Notes under the pieces: generated by a model
What the model was told of the DNA's origin: nothing
The model's database searches: none
What the model saw: only the letters and a program-made list of their open reading frames with translations
Shown here: in pieces, positions 59,283-64,000 of the stretch
Numbering within the stretch: the stretch's first letter is position 1
Layout of the letters: the number at the start of each line of letters is the position of its first letter
Position numbers and translations under genes: made by a program
NCBI GenBank assembly: GCA_965216755.1
Contig: CBDCGL010000011.1
Coordinates: 32,001 to 96,000, forward strand
Direction of reading: 5' to 3'
DNA: 64,000 nt
Source: Alphaproteobacteria bacterium
GTDB lineage: Bacteria; Pseudomonadota; Alphaproteobacteria; UBA7887

Positions 59283-59501
59283 CTAGAAGCGCGCCAAGCG
59301 ATACACTTCGCGCACATGCGCGCTTTCCCGATAGCGCTTTGTAGGCTTTGCCGGCCTTGTTTCGGCAGCCTCGGTCGATTCTGAATTGGTTATCGCGCCG
59401 ACGCCCGCGCCAGTGGCGCATAGGGCCGAGATCTTCAGAAAGTTGCGACGACCCACGCCTTGGCGGCGCTTTTGTACCCCCCTCGATTCTCGATCGGTCA
59501 T
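59283..59501 (-). CDS. Small twin-arginine signal protein of FDH operon
   Basis: GRRNFLK; C-terminal YRESAHVREVYRLARF; overlaps TorD stop. Confidence 0.8.
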   Translation of the reverse strand: MTDRESRGVQKRRQGVGRRNFLKISALCATGAGVGAITNSESTEAAETRPAKPTKRYRESAHVREVYRLARF

Positions 59502-60178
59502 GTCCCGAATCTTCCTTCCGTAGTTGTTCCCGCGAACGCAAAGGCTTGTTGCTCGAGCTCCAAAAATGCGTGGCCGAAAGCCCCAACAGCGCGATAGAAA
59601 TTGCCTGACTTGGCGTGTTCCAGGTCGGTGACGAACTCGAAAGCCCAAGGTCCCAAATGGCGGTCAAAAAAAGCCCGCTGTGTTTCAAGGTCAGCGGGCG
59701 TGCCAAATGCGCCGCTGATCAATCCAGCCATAATCTCGCACAAGCTGGCCATCCCATCTTCCGGCTCGTAGACTTTGTCCGCCCGAGCGAGGCCAAGAGC
59801 AGACATATCGCGACGCAACGCGGCCAGCGGTCGCTCGTGCAAGAACCCGGTTAGATAGTAAGACGCATAAGGAACCAGTTCACCTTGTCCCAACCCTATG
59901 AAAAGGTTGTGGAACTCGACCGCTACAGGGTCTGCATCGGCAACCGTGGCCGCACCGGCCAAGGTTGCAATCGTTTGGCCAAACGGTGAATTGTCGTCGT
60001 CCAATTCGCTAAGGCGTGCCAATGCCTCGTTATCTGGCGGCGCACCCAACAAGTCACCAAGCAAACTGTAATAGGCGACGCGGTATTGGTCGATGTCCGC
60101 ACCCGGCGCATCGTGGTTCAGCGCGTCATGTGGGACGCCAGCTGCCGCGCCTTCCCCCCGCGTCGGCTGCGAATGCAA
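59498..60178 (-). CDS. TorD/DmsD family molecular chaperone
   Basis: EFHNLFIG.G.GELVPYASYYLTGFL.E.PLA, EPED, FF.RHL.PW. Confidence 0.92.
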   Translation of the reverse strand: MHSQPTRGEGAAAGVPHDALNHDAPGADIDQYRVAYYSLLGDLLGAPPDNEALARLSELDDDNSPFGQTIATLAGAATVADADPVAVEFHNLFIGLGQGELVPYASYYLTGFLHERPLAALRRDMSALGLARADKVYEPEDGMASLCEIMAGLISGAFGTPADLETQRAFFDRHLGPWAFEFVTDLEHAKSGNFYRAVGAFGHAFLELEQQAFAFAGTTTEGRFGT

Positions 60179-60302
60179 AGCGCTTCCTCTCCTTTGTCGG
60201 CGGCACTTCCAACGCGATTAAACGAGTGCCACAAGAGATGCCTCTCATGAAACTCGGGCACCTTCTTTTCTCAACTGATTTTGGCGCAACCGAGTCTCAC
60301 GG

Positions 60303-60899
60303 TCAAGAATGGCGGTTCTCGTCGTCGTCCGGTTCAGCCACACCATCCCGGTCTCTTTCGTCGTCGATTTGCGCAGGTTGATGTTGGTTCCGCCGCTCGA
60401 CGTTTTCCGCGCGCGATTGGTTGGCGTCAATCCCATTCGGCTGATCCACCTGGTTGGGTCGATCGTCGGATTTGTGAACATGTTGATCACGAATCATTCC
60501 ACGGCCAATGCGGTACGCTGTCGCGACGACTTTGCCGAGACCCATGGTGCGGAAGTTCTCATCATAATCGTTCAAGCCATCAAGGTTCGCGAAAACCGGA
60601 TCACTGCGCCAAAGCTTGCGCAACGCGACATTACGCAAAGTGTCTGGTACGTCGCGGCCCATGAAAGGTGTGTAATCAGACTCAGCTGTCAGCGTCTCAA
60701 TTTCTGGCAAGGGCTGTGTGGGCGCGGTATCAGCAAGGCTTGGCGCCGCCGAGTCTTGCGCTTCGCCGTCATCATCGACCACCGCGGTATCGTTCGTCGC
60801 GGAGGGTTGCACGCTGGCCGGCGACTGGCTCCGGCGCGCGGCCATTTTTTTGCGAGACCAGCGATCGGTAAAGCCCCTCGGATTGTCTCGGTCAGCCAT
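60303..60899 (-). CDS. DUF3306 domain protein
   Basis: F..RWSRKK, LP.IETL...SD...FM...VP..LR..ALRKLWRSDP.FANLDGLNDYDEN. Confidence 0.88.
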   Translation of the reverse strand: MADRDNPRGFTDRWSRKKMAARRSQSPASVQPSATNDTAVVDDDGEAQDSAAPSLADTAPTQPLPEIETLTAESDYTPFMGRDVPDTLRNVALRKLWRSDPVFANLDGLNDYDENFRTMGLGKVVATAYRIGRGMIRDQHVHKSDDRPNQVDQPNGIDANQSRAENVERRNQHQPAQIDDERDRDGVAEPDDDENRHS

Positions 60900-61407
60900 A
60901 CGGCCGGCCCACCACCCCGCGACGGCTTTCCTTCTTGTCCGAGGCGGGAGATTTCGGTCCGCGTTTTCTCTTGTGAAACGGCTCGTCCTTGTGGTGGTCC
61001 GCAACAAAATGCGCGGCGAAAGTCATCACGAAGGGGTCCATATGGACGGCATCCACACGCTCATCACCGCCAATCTCATAATCTTCGGCCTCATACGGGC
61101 ACGCCGTGACCGCAAACGGCTCGGGCCTTTCGCTGCCGATGCCGCGCATGACGACAAAAAGCTGTGGGCGCGTTTGTGCCAGATTGAGCCGATAACCCTC
61201 GGTGTCGCGGCGGAATAGATCGAGCCTCAGTGTTCTGGCGTAGAACCGTGCGCAATCCGGCGTTTCGATAAGCTTCTGCCAATCGCACGCCGGTGCTATC
61301 GCACGGACTGCTTCTGTTGCACGCCATACACGGTCGATCCAGGGATGATCAACTACTTGAGATTCAACAATAATCCCAAGGTCCAAGCTGGCGTGGGCTG
61401 CCGACAT
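60892..61407 (-). CDS. DUF3305 domain protein
   Basis: HPWID..WR, L.LFR.DTEGY..NL....P.LFVV, VTACPYEA, EPFHKRKR. Confidence 0.88.
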   Translation of the reverse strand: MSAAHASLDLGIIVESQVVDHPWIDRVWRATEAVRAIAPACDWQKLIETPDCARFYARTLRLDLFRRDTEGYRLNLAQTRPQLFVVMRGIGSERPEPFAVTACPYEAEDYEIGGDERVDAVHMDPFVMTFAAHFVADHHKDEPFHKRKRGPKSPASDKKESRRGVVGRPYG

Positions 61408-61483
61408 CCGATTATCCTATCAACTGCCACTCGCCATGTCGTAGAAAACTCGGCAGTGATGTGCGCGATTGCCCGACCGATCT

Positions 61484-62203
61484 TCACGGCACGTCTTCTG
61501 GCTCACCGCGTGCCTTCCAATCCGCGAATTCCTGTTGAACTTTCTCGGATGGTGGATACAGGCCGGGCAAGCGCTCGCCGCCTGCCAATCGGCGTTGCAC
61601 GTAGGCTTCGAGTGAATCCTGTTCGCGGCCGCTCTTGGCAACGTCGGCGGCCAGTTCCGCCGGTACAATGACCACGCCGTCGCCATCCGCCACGACATAA
61701 TCGCCGGGGAAAACGGCGACTCCACCACACGATACGGGTTGCTGCGCGTCGACCAGCATCAATTGCGAGAACGATGCCGGCGCCGCTGCGCCGGCCGAGA
61801 ATAACGGCAAACCAATCTCGCCGATTTCGGCCAGATCGCGCATGCCGCCATCCGTGACAACGCCCGCGATGCCACGTGCCTTTAGTCGGGTGACGATGTT
61901 GCCGCCCAGCATGCCAACATCACGTCTTTGGTTGGCGTCGAGAACCAAAACTGAACCCGGCGGCGCGGTCTCGATCATTTGGGTCATCAAGCTTTCCGGG
62001 TGCGATAGGAGCTGCCTTTCAAAGTGATCTTCGCGCAACGGCAAATATCGAAGAGTGTAAGCGGGCCCGGCGAAACAACAGAACATTGGGTTCACGGGCG
62101 CCACCGATCGGACGCAGGTATTGCGCAATCGGTGGTCCATCAACAAGCGGGTGGTCAGGGTGGGTGTCGACACGCGGCCGATGGCGGCGGCAATGTCGGT
62201 CAT
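61484..62203 (-). CDS. RraA/HMG-aldolase family protein
   Basis: FAGPAYTLRY.P.RED, GSVLVLDA, GG.I..RLK.RG.AGVVTDGG.RD, GGVAVFPGD.VVAD.DGVV. Confidence 0.88.
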   Translation of the reverse strand: MTDIAAAIGRVSTPTLTTRLLMDHRLRNTCVRSVAPVNPMFCCFAGPAYTLRYLPLREDHFERQLLSHPESLMTQMIETAPPGSVLVLDANQRRDVGMLGGNIVTRLKARGIAGVVTDGGMRDLAEIGEIGLPLFSAGAAAPASFSQLMLVDAQQPVSCGGVAVFPGDYVVADGDGVVIVPAELAADVAKSGREQDSLEAYVQRRLAGGERLPGLYPPSEKVQQEFADWKARGEPEDVP

Positions 62204-62326
62204 GGCGAAATGCTCCCTGAGTCAACGGCGAGGATCGCGACCGCATTAGCCTTACGTCTAGCGATTTCGCAAGGAATACTTCTAATTCGCATCGCCGAGC
62301 GTACCTTCGTCCGCTTGGCGCTGGAC

Positions 62327-62947
62327 TCATTCGCCCATGATGACATATCGCGCCGCGACGACGAGATCTTGAGGCTTGTTGACATTGAAAAACGGATCGT
62401 GCGTCTGAAAAGGAAAATCGACCTCGGCCAGGTCGTGGCGCGCCGTCCAGGTATCCACTTTTCGGAGTTCTTCGCCCACCACGGCCTCTCGCAAGTCTTG
62501 GTATAGCGCGACGGGCCACAATCCAAACACAGGATGAGTCCGGCCACCGGAACGAGCGCACGCAAGCGTGGCGCCATTTGCAATCGCGTCGTGAAGGCGC
62601 GTTACTAAGTCACTGGGAAAGAAAGGGGCGTCCGTCGGAAATGTTGCGACATGGGCACATGCCGGGGCAGCGCTCCGCGCCCATGCCATCGCTGTCAATA
62701 CACCGGCGAGAGGCCCCGCGAAACCGTCGATAATGTCGCCGATAACTGGCAACGCGTAATCTCCAAACCGTTCCGGGTCGCCATTGGCATTTAGCGCAAG
62801 ATGACGAACTTGTGGTCGTGCGCGCGCAATGGCGTGGGACAGCAATGTCTTATTTCCCAACATTCGCAGGCACTTGTCGCCGCCTCCCATGCGTCGCGAT
62901 CGGCCGCCCGCCAACAACACGCCCGCGATATCAAGCGGGACCGTCAA
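62327..62947 (-). CDS. mobA: Molybdenum cofactor guanylyltransferase
   Basis: LLAGGRSRRMGGGDK, GPLAGV, PTDAPF.P.DL, HPVFGLW, FFNVN.P.DL. Confidence 0.95.
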   Translation of the reverse strand: MTVPLDIAGVLLAGGRSRRMGGGDKCLRMLGNKTLLSHAIARARPQVRHLALNANGDPERFGDYALPVIGDIIDGFAGPLAGVLTAMAWARSAAPACAHVATFPTDAPFFPSDLVTRLHDAIANGATLACARSGGRTHPVFGLWPVALYQDLREAVVGEELRKVDTWTARHDLAEVDFPFQTHDPFFNVNKPQDLVVAARYVIMGE

Positions 62948-63812
62948 TCTGTCCGGCCTTGCGTTGAACTCTCACGTCTTCTTCTGATATTCGTTCTATG
63001 TCGGCGTCATAAATCAGTCGGTTGTCGCCCGCCACGGCGATAAAGCGCTTGCCCTTGGCCCTGCCGATCAGAGTGAGGTCCGCTTGCCGTGCAAGCTCAA
63101 TTCCCCAAGCCGTGAAGCCGGAGCGCGATATGAGGATAGGAATGCCCATCTGCACCGTCTTGATGACCATTTCACTGGTCAAACGGCCGGTCGTATAGAA
63201 AATCTTGTCCGCGGCGGTTATGTCATTGAGAAACATGTAGCCAGCGATTTTGTCGACGGCATTGTGACGACCCACATCCTCCATGTAGATCAAAGGCTGA
63301 TCCTGTTGACATAGTGCGCAGCCATGGATCGCCCCGGCTTCCAGATATAAGCTCGGAGTCGTGTTGATCGATTTGGTAATGGCATAAAGCCAGGACGTCC
63401 GCAGTTTTGCGTCGGTCGGCAGAACCACATGCTCAAGAGCTTCCATGACATCGCCAAAAACGGTGCCTTGCGCGCAGCCCGAAGTTCGCGTTTTTTTGCG
63501 GAGTTTGTCTTCAAAATCAGTTTCACGCGCGGTGCGTACGACAATTACGTCAATGTCGCCGTCATAATCGATCGAAGTGATCTCATCATCTTGACGCAAC
63601 ATGTTCTGGTTCAATAGAAAACCGATTGCCAGGTAATCTGGATAATCGCCGATCGTCATCATTGTGACGATCTCTTGGCTATTGAGAAAAAGCGTCAACG
63701 GTCGTTCCGTTGGGGCTTTGGTCTCAATGGTCCGGCCTTGTTGGTCTGTTGCGATTACGGTTTCTGTCAGCCGAGGATCACCGGGATCGGGTTTCACAAC
63801 AAATTCGGTCAT
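62931..63812 (-). CDS. fdhD: Formate dehydrogenase accessory sulfurtransferase
   Basis: ERPLTL.LN, TSGCAQG, GAIHGC, EDVGRHNAVDK, TTGRLTSEMV.K. Confidence 0.93.
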   Translation of the reverse strand: MTEFVVKPDPGDPRLTETVIATDQQGRTIETKAPTERPLTLFLNSQEIVTMMTIGDYPDYLAIGFLLNQNMLRQDDEITSIDYDGDIDVIVVRTARETDFEDKLRKKTRTSGCAQGTVFGDVMEALEHVVLPTDAKLRTSWLYAITKSINTTPSLYLEAGAIHGCALCQQDQPLIYMEDVGRHNAVDKIAGYMFLNDITAADKIFYTTGRLTSEMVIKTVQMGIPILISRSGFTAWGIELARQADLTLIGRAKGKRFIAVAGDNRLIYDADIERISEEDVRVQRKAGQIDGPA

Positions 63813-63929
63813 GGCCGCCACTATGGATCAGACCTCGCCCCAATGGGAAGTGGTCCGAGGCGGACGCAATCGGACTTTTCGCTTCCGCCGGCGGCGCCTA
63901 GACTGTCTGTCGATGCGAGGACCCAATAG

Positions 63930-64000
63930 ATGAAAGCCGGAAACAGGCGGGTCTTGGTTTGTGATTGTGGCGGCACCATGCATTTGGACGGTCGGCGCAT
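63930..64000 (+). CDS. N-terminus of FDH-associated 4Fe-4S protein (partial, runs off window)
   Basis: RBS GAGG; MKAGNRRVLVCDCGGTMHLDGRR resembles the start of the ferredoxin normally found in DUF3305/DUF3306/TorD clusters. Confidence 0.6.
   Translation, partial: MKAGNRRVLVCDCGGTMHLDGRR

Overview
GC-rich bacterial DNA, most consistent with an Alphaproteobacterium (Rhodospirillales/Rhizobiales-like gene content; taxonomy inferred). Three zones. (1) 1-~17.97 kb looks like the distal part of a genomic island ending at a 3'-half tRNA-Arg fragment (att-like). It holds a decayed metal-resistance module (MerR-type remnant with operator dyad, SHOCT protein, DsbA remnant, BNR-propeller/cytochrome c fusion, cytochrome c), an adenylate cyclase-TPR protein, orphan genes and an IS1380 fragment. 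It also holds the most notable element: a DUF6502/DUF5666 locus tied together by four copies of a 21-bp palindrome (ATGTGGGAAAnTTTCCCACAT). Two copies fill the 17-bp spacer of sigma70-like promoters, in front of an outer-membrane barrel gene and a secreted tandem-repeat protein. (2) ~18-45.5 kb is a dense catabolic region: FMN hydroxy-acid oxidase, PhyH, VOC proteins, crotonases, hydrolases, SDRs, mandelate racemase homologue, BVMO, GST, acyl-CoA ligase, a PQQ alcohol dehydrogenase with the lanthanide-type D-x-D motif plus cytochrome c, GMC oxidoreductase and transporters. (3) ~46-64 kb encodes two convergent formate dehydrogenase systems (NAD-linked cytoplasmic and Tat-exported FDH3 type) with maturation genes (TorD, DUF3305/3306, mobA, fdhD) and an embedded thiol dioxygenase/rhodanese/WD40 block. 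All family assignments are by motif recognition from the translations; no database searches were run, and several starts were moved from the ORF track using RBS or overlap evidence.
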